Shown piece after piece: positions 38,307 to 47,308 of a DNA stretch of 64,000 nt. The stretch is taken from NCBI GenBank assembly GCA_964473815.1, contig CAYYQK010000001.1:93523-157522 (forward strand). Direction: 5' to 3'. The translations under genes were made by a program, and so were the position numbers. Source of the stretch: an uncultured Candidatus Saccharibacteria bacterium. GTDB lineage: Bacteria > Patescibacteriota > Doudnabacteria > UBA920. Each line of letters opens with the position of its first letter. Position 1 is the first letter of the stretch. The notes under the pieces were generated by a model, which did no database searches, was not told the origin of the DNA, and saw nothing but the letters and a program-made list of their open reading frames with translations.

Positions 38307-38816
38307 TTAGTAGGTTGGGGGAGGAATTGTGGCGCTGTCAGGGGCAGGAGCAGCTGCTGGGGCGCTTGTAGACGCACCAGGACCGCTGTTAGGGGCACCG
38401 GAATCTTCACTGACCACATTTGGATTAGCTAAGACGTCATTGACCTTCTTGAGGATCTCCTCGGTAGTAAAGTAGGCCTTTACGAGGTAGGCTTGGACTT
38501 TTAATGCTTTGGTTTTGAGGATGTCTTTGTTGCTCCAAAGGTTGGAAAGGACAATTATTGGCGTGTCAGCCAATTTTTTGTCTTCATTTTTGCGGACGGT
38601 TTCTAGAACCTGGAAGCCATCGACTTCAGGAAGCATCAGGTCGAGCAAAACTATGTCCGGTTTTTCGGAAAGGATGAGGTTGATGCCCTCCTTGCCATCA
38701 CCGGCTTCTTTGACTTCGAAACCGTTCGTGGACAATTTATGTACCACGATTTCTCGCATGGCGATATTATCTTCTACAATGACGACTTTTTTGAGGTTTG
38801 TTTCAGGGGCGGACAT
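38307..38816 (-). CDS. Stand-alone response regulator receiver with Pro/Ala tail
   Basis: IVEDN, PDIVLLDLMLPEVDG, IIVLSN, YLVK. Confidence 0.92.
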   Translation of the reverse strand: MSAPETNLKKVVIVEDNIAMREIVVHKLSTNGFEVKEAGDGKEGINLILSEKPDIVLLDLMLPEVDGFQVLETVRKNEDKKLADTPIIVLSNLWSNKDILKTKALKVQAYLVKAYFTTEEILKKVNDVLANPNVVSEDSGAPNSGPGASTSAPAAAPAPDSATIPPPTY

Positions 38817-38999
38817 GGCTTTTATTTAACCTAAAGCACTGTATAAATCCTGAGAGTATTATAGCACACGTTTGCTTTGTGGTATAATAAATAAAATTAA
38901 CAATATGGCTGAGCACTTTTCCGCTCTATCAGAGAGTGTGAAACTAATTTTATAGAGCTGACAGAAATATCCTGACTACAACATTTACCAAGAAAAATT

Positions 39000-39917
39000 A
39001 TGAATTGGTTTTTGATCGCATTGATAAGTCCGCTGGCTCACTCAATTGCCAATCATTTTGATAAGTATTTGCTATCGAAGCATATTAAAGGTGGTACAGT
39101 AGGAGCTTTAATAGTTTTTACCTGCCTTTTTTCTTTTTTTGCTTTGCCAATATTGTTATTAATTCACCCACAGATTCTTTCTTCTGTAGGCTTCACCGAT
39201 TCCATAATTTTAATAGTCAACGGAATCTTTGTAAGCTTTGCCGTGGCTTTGTACTTGTTTGCTCTGAATTTAGACGAAGCGTCTTACGTCGCTCCGTTTT
39301 TTCAATTTTGCCCAGTATTTGGTTTCATTTTGGGGTATTTATTTTTGGGTGAGGTTTTAGCTAGCAATCAGTTATTCGCTGCACTGTTTATTATTTTAGG
39401 GAGTCTCTTGCTGTCAATAGAATTTTCTAAGAGTAAGAGAAGATTTAAGGGTAAAATGATCACCTTGATGATCGGTTCTAGTTTCTTTTACGCTTTGAAC
39501 GCGGTTATATTCAAATCTATTGCAATTGACCAAGGTTTTATAAATTCTTTATTTTGGGATATGGCGGGTAAATTTTTATTTGGGGCTTTTCTTTTTGTAG
39601 CTATAAAGAAATACCGACAGCAGTTTTTGAATCTGGTAAGATTGAGTGGCACGAAAATTTTCATTTATAATATTTTTAGCGAAATAATTGAATTTGTGGG
39701 CCAAGCAGCAATAATTTTAGCTGTGTTGTACGCACCCGTAGCTTTGGTGGAATCTGTTTCAGGTGTACAACCTATGTTTGTTTTAATTATTGGGATACTG
39801 ATTACTTTATATTTCCCTAAATATGGAAAAGAAGAAATGGGTCATAGACACATGGCCCAGAAAATAGTTGGTGTTTTGATAGTTACTGTAGGTGTATTAT
39901 TTTTAACCTTGGCTTAA
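39000..39917 (+). CDS. EamA/DMT family transporter
   Basis: About 10 TMs in two EamA repeats; NHFDKYLL, EASYVAPFFQ..PVF..ILGYLFLGE. Confidence 0.85.
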   Translation: MNWFLIALISPLAHSIANHFDKYLLSKHIKGGTVGALIVFTCLFSFFALPILLLIHPQILSSVGFTDSIILIVNGIFVSFAVALYLFALNLDEASYVAPFFQFCPVFGFILGYLFLGEVLASNQLFAALFIILGSLLLSIEFSKSKRRFKGKMITLMIGSSFFYALNAVIFKSIAIDQGFINSLFWDMAGKFLFGAFLFVAIKKYRQQFLNLVRLSGTKIFIYNIFSEIIEFVGQAAIILAVLYAPVALVESVSGVQPMFVLIIGILITLYFPKYGKEEMGHRHMAQKIVGVLIVTVGVLFLTLA

Positions 39918-39937
39918 ATGTAATAACTAAAGAATAT

Positions 39938-39978
39938 AAACGGCCATTATTGACAAAGTGGCCGTTTTTTGTTATAAT
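39938..39978 (+). promoter_or_regulatory. Consensus sigma70 promoter whose -35 lies in the loop of a terminator-like hairpin
   Basis: aaacggcca-ttaTTGACAaag-tggccgtttttt; TTGACA (39950) - 17 nt - TATAAT (39973). Confidence 0.88.
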
Positions 39979-40038
39979 TTTGCAAATTCAGTTCGGGCTA
40001 TTAACGCCAAATTTTTGGACTGAAATAAGGGAGGGGAA

Positions 40039-40485
40039 ATGAATACAAGCTTGAGAGTACTCATATCCGTAGTTTTTTATGCTGTAGCCAACTTGATTCT
40101 TGATAGAAAGCTTTCAAACTTCTCGCTCCCGTCCTTAATGGTCATGTGGGAGCCGGTGATGTTGGTATGCGGCTGGGCGTTTTGGGGATACTATCGATAC
40201 ACCGATCAACCTCTGGTAACTCCTGAGTTTGGTTGGCCATTTGTATTTTTAGTTATCATGGCTGTTACTTATTTTATCGCTGACTCGTTCTATGTTAGCG
40301 CGTACACTTCCGGTGGGAGTCTATTCACAATCACCACTGTGTTTCTGGCTTTCCCGCCGGTTACAGGTTTGTTGAAGGTTATAACCGATAACCAGTATCC
40401 TAGCCGGGCTCAGGTTCTTGGGTACTTACTCATAGCTGGTGGGGTTCTCATGTGTGTTTGGAACGATAAGTCGCAAGCGCAGTAA
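40039..40485 (+). CDS. Single-repeat EamA-like small membrane protein
   Basis: Five hydrophobic segments; SD AAGGGAGGGG. Confidence 0.7.
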   Translation: MNTSLRVLISVVFYAVANLILDRKLSNFSLPSLMVMWEPVMLVCGWAFWGYYRYTDQPLVTPEFGWPFVFLVIMAVTYFIADSFYVSAYTSGGSLFTITTVFLAFPPVTGLLKVITDNQYPSRAQVLGYLLIAGGVLMCVWNDKSQAQ

Positions 40486-40506
40486 CGACAATAAACTGAG
40501 AATTTG

Positions 40507-40542
40507 GGTCTCGCTTTGTATGAAGCGAGGCCTATTTATTTT
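40507..40542 (+). terminator. Terminator-like hairpin
   Basis: ggtctcgcttt-gtat-gaagcgaggcc followed by tatttatttt. Confidence 0.75.
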
Positions 40543-40638
40543 CCCCTTGATTTAAGGCGACCACCTTAGAAGTGTTCGTCTTTTTTTTGATACATCATCT
40601 ATTTATGGTATAAATAGATAGATATTCAAAAACTTAGT

Positions 40639-41547
40639 GTGATACCAAAGTTCCCAAAATTTAAAGATTTAGAGTTATCTGACCAGAAAGATATAGAAAA
40701 GGTTACTAAGCAATACCTCCCATATTGTGATTTTAATTTTGAGATCATGTGGGCGTGGGATTATAACAACAGTGCTAAAATTTCAATTTTGAATGAAAAT
40801 TTAGTCTTAATTCAAAAAAATGTTTTCACTGAGGAAATTAGCACTTCTTTCCTTGGAAATAATAATTTAGAGAGTACATTGGAAGAAATTTTTGATTTTC
40901 TTGATTCGACTAAAGTTAAAGATTCTAAACTAAGTTTAGTGCCGGAAGATTCTTTGAAAGGACTTAATTTTAAAAAATATTTTATAGAAATAGACCTAGG
41001 AGCCTGTGATTATATTTATTCATTAAAGGACCTAGCTGATTTTTTGGGACATAAATATTCAAAAAAAAGAGGGAAGTATAACTTATTTTTTAGAAATTAT
41101 CCCGAAGTAACAATTAAAGAACTTGATCTAAATTCGGATATTATTAAAAAGGAAGTTGTCGGATTGAATAGCTTTTGGGCTCAAAATAAAACTATTATTG
41201 ATTTAGAGAATTTCAACGAAAATGAATTATTGGCAATCGACCGTTTCATCGAGGCAAAATTTAAAAACACCATCTGTATAGGGGTTTTTGATAAAAATAA
41301 GTTGATTGGTTATTCAATTTTTTCCACATCAAGCGATAAGTTTTGCATTGCGCACTTCACCAAAGCCGATGTGAGTTACAAAGGAATTTATGAATTCCTT
41401 ATGAATAACTCAGCGAAGATTTTAATCAATAAAGGGTATGAATTTATGAATTTTCAAGAGGACATGAATATCGAAAGCCTGAGAGAAGCAAAGATATCAT
41501 ACAGACCCACTAGGTTTTTAAGAAAATATTTCCTTAGAAGGTTATAA
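40639..41547 (+). CDS. DUF2156 / MprF-synthase-like GNAT (aminoacyl-tRNA-dependent transferase fold)
   Basis: CDFNF..MWAW, DYIY...LA...G..YSKKR...N.F, HFTKA....GIY, N.QED.....LR.AK.SY.P. Confidence 0.85.
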   Translation: MIPKFPKFKDLELSDQKDIEKVTKQYLPYCDFNFEIMWAWDYNNSAKISILNENLVLIQKNVFTEEISTSFLGNNNLESTLEEIFDFLDSTKVKDSKLSLVPEDSLKGLNFKKYFIEIDLGACDYIYSLKDLADFLGHKYSKKRGKYNLFFRNYPEVTIKELDLNSDIIKKEVVGLNSFWAQNKTIIDLENFNENELLAIDRFIEAKFKNTICIGVFDKNKLIGYSIFSTSSDKFCIAHFTKADVSYKGIYEFLMNNSAKILINKGYEFMNFQEDMNIESLREAKISYRPTRFLRKYFLRRL

Positions 41548-41593
41548 ACAGTGATTACTTTACCATTAAAAAAACTGGGTATATAATAAAAAT

Positions 41594-42427
41594 ATGTTAG
41601 TTTTCATTTGGGAACAATTCAAAGCAAATAAGATTTTGAGAGTTTTGGGTCTTCTTTTTGCTCTCTTAACCATTTGGTGGATATACATGTTCGCCAGAGG
41701 GATAACCAGCGGTACTGGAAATAATTTATACATTTTAGTCTATCCAACTTTGCCATTAGTAGGTGGTTTTTATGGTTTTATATTCGCTAAGAAATGGGGA
41801 GGATTTAGAAGCACCTTTGGTAGTGCAATTTCATTTTTTGCCTTAGGCTTTTTCTTTCAATTTTTGGGACAATATTTATATGTTTACTACCAACTTTATT
41901 TAAATATAGATGTTCCATACCCTTCCGTGGGAGATATATTTTATTTAGGAAGTGTATTTTTATATATTTTTGGAGCTTACCAACTATCAAAAGTTTCCGG
42001 AATACGCTTTACTTTAAATACACTTCAGGGAAAATTAAAGGCAATTCTCATACCTTTTGTTGTTTTGTTGTTATCGTATCTTATTTTATTGAAGGGTTAC
42101 GAGGCCGATTGGTCCAATAAAATAATTATTTTCCTTGATTTTGGATACCCAATTGGACAGGCCATTTATTTGTCAATCGCATTATTAGCGTTACTTATTT
42201 CTAAAGATATTTTAGGTGGTTTGATGAGAAAGCCTATTATGCTACTCATCGCAGCTTTATTAGCACAATTTATCTCTGATTTCGTATTTTCTTATCAAGT
42301 AAGTAGAGAAGTAACCACATTTTATGCTGGAGGTTCAAATGACTTTATGTTTACTTGCGCATATTTCCTAATGGCTTTGGCTTTATTCTCAATCGGTAAC
42401 ATGTTCTATAAAGTACAAAAATCGTAA
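41594..42427 (+). CDS. Stand-alone multi-TM sensor-type membrane protein
   Basis: 7-8 TMs with PYPSVGDIFY, DFGYPIG and FISDFVFSY motifs; no enzymatic domain. Confidence 0.7.
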   Translation: MLVFIWEQFKANKILRVLGLLFALLTIWWIYMFARGITSGTGNNLYILVYPTLPLVGGFYGFIFAKKWGGFRSTFGSAISFFALGFFFQFLGQYLYVYYQLYLNIDVPYPSVGDIFYLGSVFLYIFGAYQLSKVSGIRFTLNTLQGKLKAILIPFVVLLLSYLILLKGYEADWSNKIIIFLDFGYPIGQAIYLSIALLALLISKDILGGLMRKPIMLLIAALLAQFISDFVFSYQVSREVTTFYAGGSNDFMFTCAYFLMALALFSIGNMFYKVQKS

Positions 42428-42432
42428 AAATT

Positions 42433-42726
42433 ATGGCAGACACAGCAACAATTTTTGATCAGATTTCACTCCGAATAATCAAAGAACAAGTTTTGATTAT
42501 CGGCCCTGTGGCATGGGAAGAAGCTCGCAAGGTTTCTGGTTTAACTGTGGTTAATCAAGATCCAGGAGAAGTAAAATTATCAGGTGACCCAAAAGACATC
42601 TTGAATCGACTAGTAGCTCAGTACTCTCGTTTGTTTGGAAAAGTATCATCTGAAGTTTGTAAGGAAGCAGCTCAGGATCTTTTGGTAGAACTCCCAGCCG
42701 GCGATATACCCACCGCCCTCCAATAA
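42433..42726 (+). CDS. Small hypothetical protein between the sensor and the kinase
   Basis: IIKEQ..IIGPVAW.EA.KV.GL...L..LV..Y..LFG..S.EVCK; tight operon spacing. Confidence 0.75.
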   Translation: MADTATIFDQISLRIIKEQVLIIGPVAWEEARKVSGLTVVNQDPGEVKLSGDPKDILNRLVAQYSRLFGKVSSEVCKEAAQDLLVELPAGDIPTALQ

Positions 42727-42745
42727 AATCTGAACAAAAACAAAA

Positions 42746-44155
42746 ATGCCAACCACCCCTGCAGCAACACCTGCGAATAGCAGTGACTTGCAGGAGCTGA
42801 ATGAACAAATCTATCGACACAGCCTTGAGTTGGCAGTAGTCAATAAAACTCTTTCGCTCCTCAGGAAACTGTATCAAATCAGTCTGCTTTCTCTTGACCC
42901 TGCTTCTATTTCGGAAAAAGTTTCCGAAACAGTTAGGGTTGATTTAAATATGGAATTAGTTGGGGTGTACCTGTACCGCAAAGAGGCCGATACCCTTATT
43001 CCTTACAAATTTTCTGAATCCGAGCGACTGATGAAAACTTTGTCAGAACAAAATTTAAAATTAGAGAATCTGATAATTGCAGATCCGTCCAAAAACGACT
43101 TTTTTAAAAAGATTCTAATAGATAAAACTTCAGTTCAAAGCACTAACCTAAAAGAAGTTTGGCCAGCTTCTACTTATTCGAAAAAATTGCAGGTTGTGAA
43201 CGATGCCTCGCATATCAAAACACTTTTGTTGTATCCGTTAGAAACACAAAACGAAGTCATGGGTATGTTAATGCTAGGCTTGAATCGCAGCTACGACATC
43301 CTTAGTGACTTTGAACAAGATGCAATCAAGAGTTTAATCAATGTTGTTGCCGTTGCATTGGACAAAGCATTGGTTTATGAAGCTTTGCAAATTGCCAATG
43401 AACAATTGAAAGCTTTGGATAAAGCCCGCGCAGAGTTCATCTCCATTGCTAGTCATCAACTTCGAACACCACCGGCGACAATCAAGTGGTATGTAGCGGC
43501 TATTTTAGCAGGGGATTTTGGGCCTTTAAGCGAAGATTTGAAGGCTGCTCTTGAAAGAACAAAAGTAACCAATGACGCTCAAATTGCCACAATCGACGAT
43601 TTGCTTAACGCATCGCGTATTGAGCGCGGTAAGTTAGAATTTTTCTTTGAAGAGGCACCACTTGAGCCTCTGGTATCTGAATTAGCTGAACAATTACGAC
43701 CGTTGGCTAAAATGAAAGGACTTGAACTTGAATATCGTAAGCCAACTTTGAGTTTCCAGACCATTTTAATGGACAGAGAAAAAGTCCGACAAGTTCTGAA
43801 TAATATGGTCGACAATGCCATAAAATATTCCAAAACAGGCACTATAAAAATTGATTTGAAAGAAGTTGGGACAGACGCTGTGGTTAGTGTTACAGATAAC
43901 GGCAAAGGGATTGCGCCAGAAGATGTTAATAAATTATTTGAAAAGTATCAACGAGGGCACGACTCAGTTACTCATGCTGAAGGCCTTGGTTTAGGTATGT
44001 ACGTTGCTAAAGTCATTGTGGATCAGCACAATGGCAAAATTTGGGCAGAAAGCCCTGGGGTAGGGAAGGGTTCCACGTTTAGTTTTAGTCTTCCCATTCA
44101 CAATACATTGCAGCCAACAACAGTGGACTTGGCTAAAGAGATTGAACACAAATAA
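42746..44155 (+). CDS. Soluble GAF-domain histidine kinase
   Basis: GAF-like region; FISIASHQLRTP (H box), NMVDNAIKYS, DNGKGI, GLGLG, G.GSTFSFSLP. Confidence 0.93.
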   Translation: MPTTPAATPANSSDLQELNEQIYRHSLELAVVNKTLSLLRKLYQISLLSLDPASISEKVSETVRVDLNMELVGVYLYRKEADTLIPYKFSESERLMKTLSEQNLKLENLIIADPSKNDFFKKILIDKTSVQSTNLKEVWPASTYSKKLQVVNDASHIKTLLLYPLETQNEVMGMLMLGLNRSYDILSDFEQDAIKSLINVVAVALDKALVYEALQIANEQLKALDKARAEFISIASHQLRTPPATIKWYVAAILAGDFGPLSEDLKAALERTKVTNDAQIATIDDLLNASRIERGKLEFFFEEAPLEPLVSELAEQLRPLAKMKGLELEYRKPTLSFQTILMDREKVRQVLNNMVDNAIKYSKTGTIKIDLKEVGTDAVVSVTDNGKGIAPEDVNKLFEKYQRGHDSVTHAEGLGLGMYVAKVIVDQHNGKIWAESPGVGKGSTFSFSLPIHNTLQPTTVDLAKEIEHK

Positions 44156-44194
44156 TTTCCAGTCAGCTATCTTTATATTTGATATACTTAACCT

Positions 44195-45043
44195 ATGATT
44201 AGAAGAATCTTTGTTTTTGGGTTTCTGGTGGTCCTTATAGCCGCGATTACTGGCACATATTTGCTGTATAGAGGCATCGAAAACCGCCGCGCAGAACGCT
44301 TAGCCAGACTGCAAGCTCAGGCTGCCGAAACATCTATTACACTCATTGAAGGGTGGAACAAGAATCAAATTTCTGACTACTTAGAAAAGCAAAACCTGTT
44401 TTCTAAATCCGACTTCTTAGCTGGTCTAAACAAATTTGATGAATCACAATTCCCACTCCTAAAAAGACCAACCGGCCAATCACTTGAAGGCTATTTATTC
44501 CCAGACACCTATCGTGTTCCAAAACAAACCACCCCAGACGAAGTTATCAAAAAAATGGTAACCAATTTTTCGTCTCGGCTTTCCAGTGTTGGAGTCACAG
44601 ATCCAGACGCAAAATATAACGGCCTGAGTTTGTATCAAATAATTACACTTGCTTCTATCATCGAAAAAGAAAGCGGGGGACACGGCTCAACTGGCAACAC
44701 CAATCTTTCACTCCAAGACGAGCGTAATTTAGTCGCAAGCGTGTTTTACAATCGATTGAATCAAGGAATCGCCTTGCAAAGTGATGCCACTGTAAACTAT
44801 GTCACCGGTAAAGAGACTCCTGCAGCTTCCGCCGAAGACTTGCAAGTTAATTCACCTTACAATACTTATAAATATCCGGGATTACCACCGGGACCGATAT
44901 GCAATCCTTCACTTGGCAGCATTAAGGCTGCACTCCATCCTGCCGAAAGCGACTATTTATATTTCTTGCACAAGCAGCCTTCTGGGGAAGTGGAATTTAG
45001 TAAAACTCTAGAAGAGCATAATCGACAGAAAGCCGCCAAATAA
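44195..45043 (+). CDS. mltG: Endolytic transglycosylase MltG
   Basis: TLIEG, LEGYLFPDTY, LASIIEKE, VFYNRL, LQSDATV, SPYNTYKYPGLPPGPICNP. Confidence 0.95.
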   Translation: MIRRIFVFGFLVVLIAAITGTYLLYRGIENRRAERLARLQAQAAETSITLIEGWNKNQISDYLEKQNLFSKSDFLAGLNKFDESQFPLLKRPTGQSLEGYLFPDTYRVPKQTTPDEVIKKMVTNFSSRLSSVGVTDPDAKYNGLSLYQIITLASIIEKESGGHGSTGNTNLSLQDERNLVASVFYNRLNQGIALQSDATVNYVTGKETPAASAEDLQVNSPYNTYKYPGLPPGPICNPSLGSIKAALHPAESDYLYFLHKQPSGEVEFSKTLEEHNRQKAAK

Positions 45044-45082
45044 CACTAAAAAATTTCAGTTATCCACACGGCAAATTGGAAA

Positions 45083-45104
45083 TTTCATAATCTTTTCATA
45101 ACTA
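45083..45104 (+). promoter_or_regulatory. 11-bp-period direct repeat, candidate OmpR/PhoB box
   Basis: TTTCATAA at 45083 and 45094. Confidence 0.55.
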
Positions 45105-45197
45105 ACCTTCAGTATGTAGAGTGTGAGCCTTCATTTAAATTTTATTTCTTTGAAGTATTGCACAAATAAGCTGATTTGCTTTTGAAATCAGTATATC

Positions 45198-45363
45198 AAG
45201 GGGGACCTATATGCAGCATTACAACGATCCTGGCCGTAGCAAGGCCGGAGTAATGTCGGAGCCCGGCAGGCGCAATTAATGTCAGCTTGGCATCACTTAA
45301 CCTCCAGTGACCCGCACTGGTTGCCGCTAGCGATAATACCCCCCTTTTGTCGCTAGTTTTTTT
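45198..45363 (+). ncRNA. Candidate structured RNA and/or mRNA of a 22-codon ORF (45211..45279)
   Basis: GC-rich intergenic block with nested stems (cattac/gtaatg, ggcc/ggcc, cggcag/ttgccg, ccagtg/cactgg) ending in ctagcgataa...ttgtcgctag-T7. Confidence 0.5.
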
Positions 45364-45424
45364 CTTGCCCAGATTTCCCAGCTCGTGCTACAATAAAAAC
45401 CCTTTAACAAAGCCGAAAATTCCA

Positions 45425-45452
45425 TCATTTTATCATCATAACTACTTCATAT
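45425..45452 (+). promoter_or_regulatory. 11-bp-period TCAT repeats upstream of the response regulator gene
   Basis: TCAT at 45425, 45436 and 45447; TCATAACTA is shared with the site at 45096. Confidence 0.5.
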
Positions 45453-45498
45453 CATAAATATGAAAGTTTAAGATAAAATTAATATAAAGGAGCAAGCT

Positions 45499-46170
45499 AT
45501 GGTTATTCTTTTAATCGAAGATGAGCGCAAGCAGGCCGAATTCATCCAAAAAGCCCTTGAACAGGATTATTATAAAGTTGATGTTGCCTACGATGGCAAA
45601 GAAGGTGTGGATCGCGTGGAAGTTCGCGATTACGATTTAATTATTGTTGATCTAAATTTGCCATTGGTAAACGGCAGCGATATCGTTAAGCACATTCGTG
45701 AACTTAAGTTAAAAACCCCGGTAATGGTTCTAACCGCCAATGACGAAGTTGGTATGAAGGTTGCTAACCTCGACAATGGAGCCGACGACTACTTAACAAA
45801 GCCATTTGCATTAGATGAGTTACTTGCTCGTGTTCGCGCATTGCTGCGCCGCGAAGCTACTCCTATTCCCCAAACCTTTAAACAGGGTAATCTGGAATTG
45901 ATGTACTCTACGCACGAAGTGAAAATTGATGGTACGCAAGTTAAGCTGACCAAAAATGAATTTCGATTGCTTGATTTCCTTAGCCGCAAACCCGACCGTG
46001 TTTGCACCCGCGCGATGATCGAAGAACATGTTTGGGGATACAATTCGGAAAATAATAGTAATGTTATTGAAGCTTCGATATATAATCTCCGCCGTAAACT
46101 TGGTCAGAAAAACAAGAACTTAATTCAGACAGTTCAGAATATTGGTTACCGCTTTAAACCGTCCGCTTAG
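45499..46170 (+). CDS. OmpR/PhoB family response regulator
   Basis: LIEDE, DLIIVDLNLP, GADDYLTKPF..ELLARVRALLRR, winged helix LT..EFRLL..L, IQTV..IGYRF. Confidence 0.96.
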   Translation: MVILLIEDERKQAEFIQKALEQDYYKVDVAYDGKEGVDRVEVRDYDLIIVDLNLPLVNGSDIVKHIRELKLKTPVMVLTANDEVGMKVANLDNGADDYLTKPFALDELLARVRALLRREATPIPQTFKQGNLELMYSTHEVKIDGTQVKLTKNEFRLLDFLSRKPDRVCTRAMIEEHVWGYNSENNSNVIEASIYNLRRKLGQKNKNLIQTVQNIGYRFKPSA

Positions 46171-46195
46171 TCCGCTTAATTGATAAATTAATTTT

Positions 46196-47308
46196 ATGCC
46201 AGCACACTCTGATTTCCCACCGCATTTTACAGGACACTTGTTAGAAAAAATCGGAGGCAATTCCGCTACCATTGTTTTAGATAGTAGCGGAATTTGTATT
46301 TTCGCCAGCAACGCAGTTGACCAGGTTTTAAATCTGCAAACCGATGAACTGCTTGGTCAGAATTTTATCTCCATTGTCCCGCTGCATACTTTAGATGGTC
46401 AATTACCCAGAGAAGGAAGTCATCCCATTGGCAAAGCTTTAGATCATGTTGGATTTGTGCAAACCACTCCTTTTTTTGGTCGACTTGGCCCGGAGGAAAG
46501 TTTACCAACTTTAGCAGTCCGTACTATTCAGATTGTTAACAACGGAAAAATTGATTTTGTAATCGTTCAAATTCGCCAAGCTAAACGTGAGGTGGAAGTA
46601 GGGGAGATGAAATCTCTGTTTTTGTCGTTCGCTGCACATCAATTAAAAACTCCTAGTTCAGTTGTAAAAGGATTTTTGGAATTGATGATGCGCCAGGGTG
46701 AAGCGGCGTATTCTGCGGATCAATGGCACTATATTACTTCAGCGTTTGAGTCTAATGAACAACTGATCGAAGTTTCTAAGTCATTACTGAATATGGCCCG
46801 CCTTGAAGGTGGCTTAATTGAGCCAAGTATTAAGGAGTTTGACCCAGAGCGCGCGTTGCAAAGTAAGATCGCTAGCTTCGCGCCGCTGTATCAGGCCAAA
46901 CGTGTGAGTGTGAATTTATCAGGTTCACAAGAAGGTGATGAACCTTTAAATTTGCTTAGTGATGAAACTTTTTTCTTGGAAATATTTGGAATCATTTTGG
47001 GTAATGCTATTAAGCATTCTCCAATTGGATCAGAAATTACTGTTTTGTGTACTCTTACGCATTCGCAATGCGAAGTCCATGTAATAGACAATGGGCCGGG
47101 AATAGCTGAAGAAATTCGTAAAAAACTTTTTCAACAAGCACAAGAAGCCAGTAAAGACGAAAACAGCCATGGACTTGGATTGTACATGGCTAAGAAGTAT
47201 ATTGCTTTGCTAAATGGCAGCATTGGGATAAATGAAGTTGTCAGCAATACCAGCGATGAGCCAAAAGGAAGCGATTTTTATTTTATTGTGCCGAACCAAG
47301 TTGGCTAG
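46196..47308 (+). CDS. Soluble PAS-domain histidine kinase
   Basis: PAS-like start; FAAHQLKTP, NAIKHS, DNGPGI, HGLGL; no TM. Confidence 0.92.
   Translation: MPAHSDFPPHFTGHLLEKIGGNSATIVLDSSGICIFASNAVDQVLNLQTDELLGQNFISIVPLHTLDGQLPREGSHPIGKALDHVGFVQTTPFFGRLGPEESLPTLAVRTIQIVNNGKIDFVIVQIRQAKREVEVGEMKSLFLSFAAHQLKTPSSVVKGFLELMMRQGEAAYSADQWHYITSAFESNEQLIEVSKSLLNMARLEGGLIEPSIKEFDPERALQSKIASFAPLYQAKRVSVNLSGSQEGDEPLNLLSDETFFLEIFGIILGNAIKHSPIGSEITVLCTLTHSQCEVHVIDNGPGIAEEIRKKLFQQAQEASKDENSHGLGLYMAKKYIALLNGSIGINEVVSNTSDEPKGSDFYFIVPNQVG

Noticed and set aside
12949-45068. Three perfect DnaA boxes (12949, 36087, 45060) as a replication origin
   Set aside because: Isolated and far apart, with no dnaA/dnaN or box cluster; at most individual regulatory sites.
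45198-45363. tmRNA, SRP, RNase P or tRNA identity for the structured block
   Set aside because: No hallmark motifs recognised (no T-arm/CCA end, no GAGGAAAGUCC, no SRP loop); kept as unknown.
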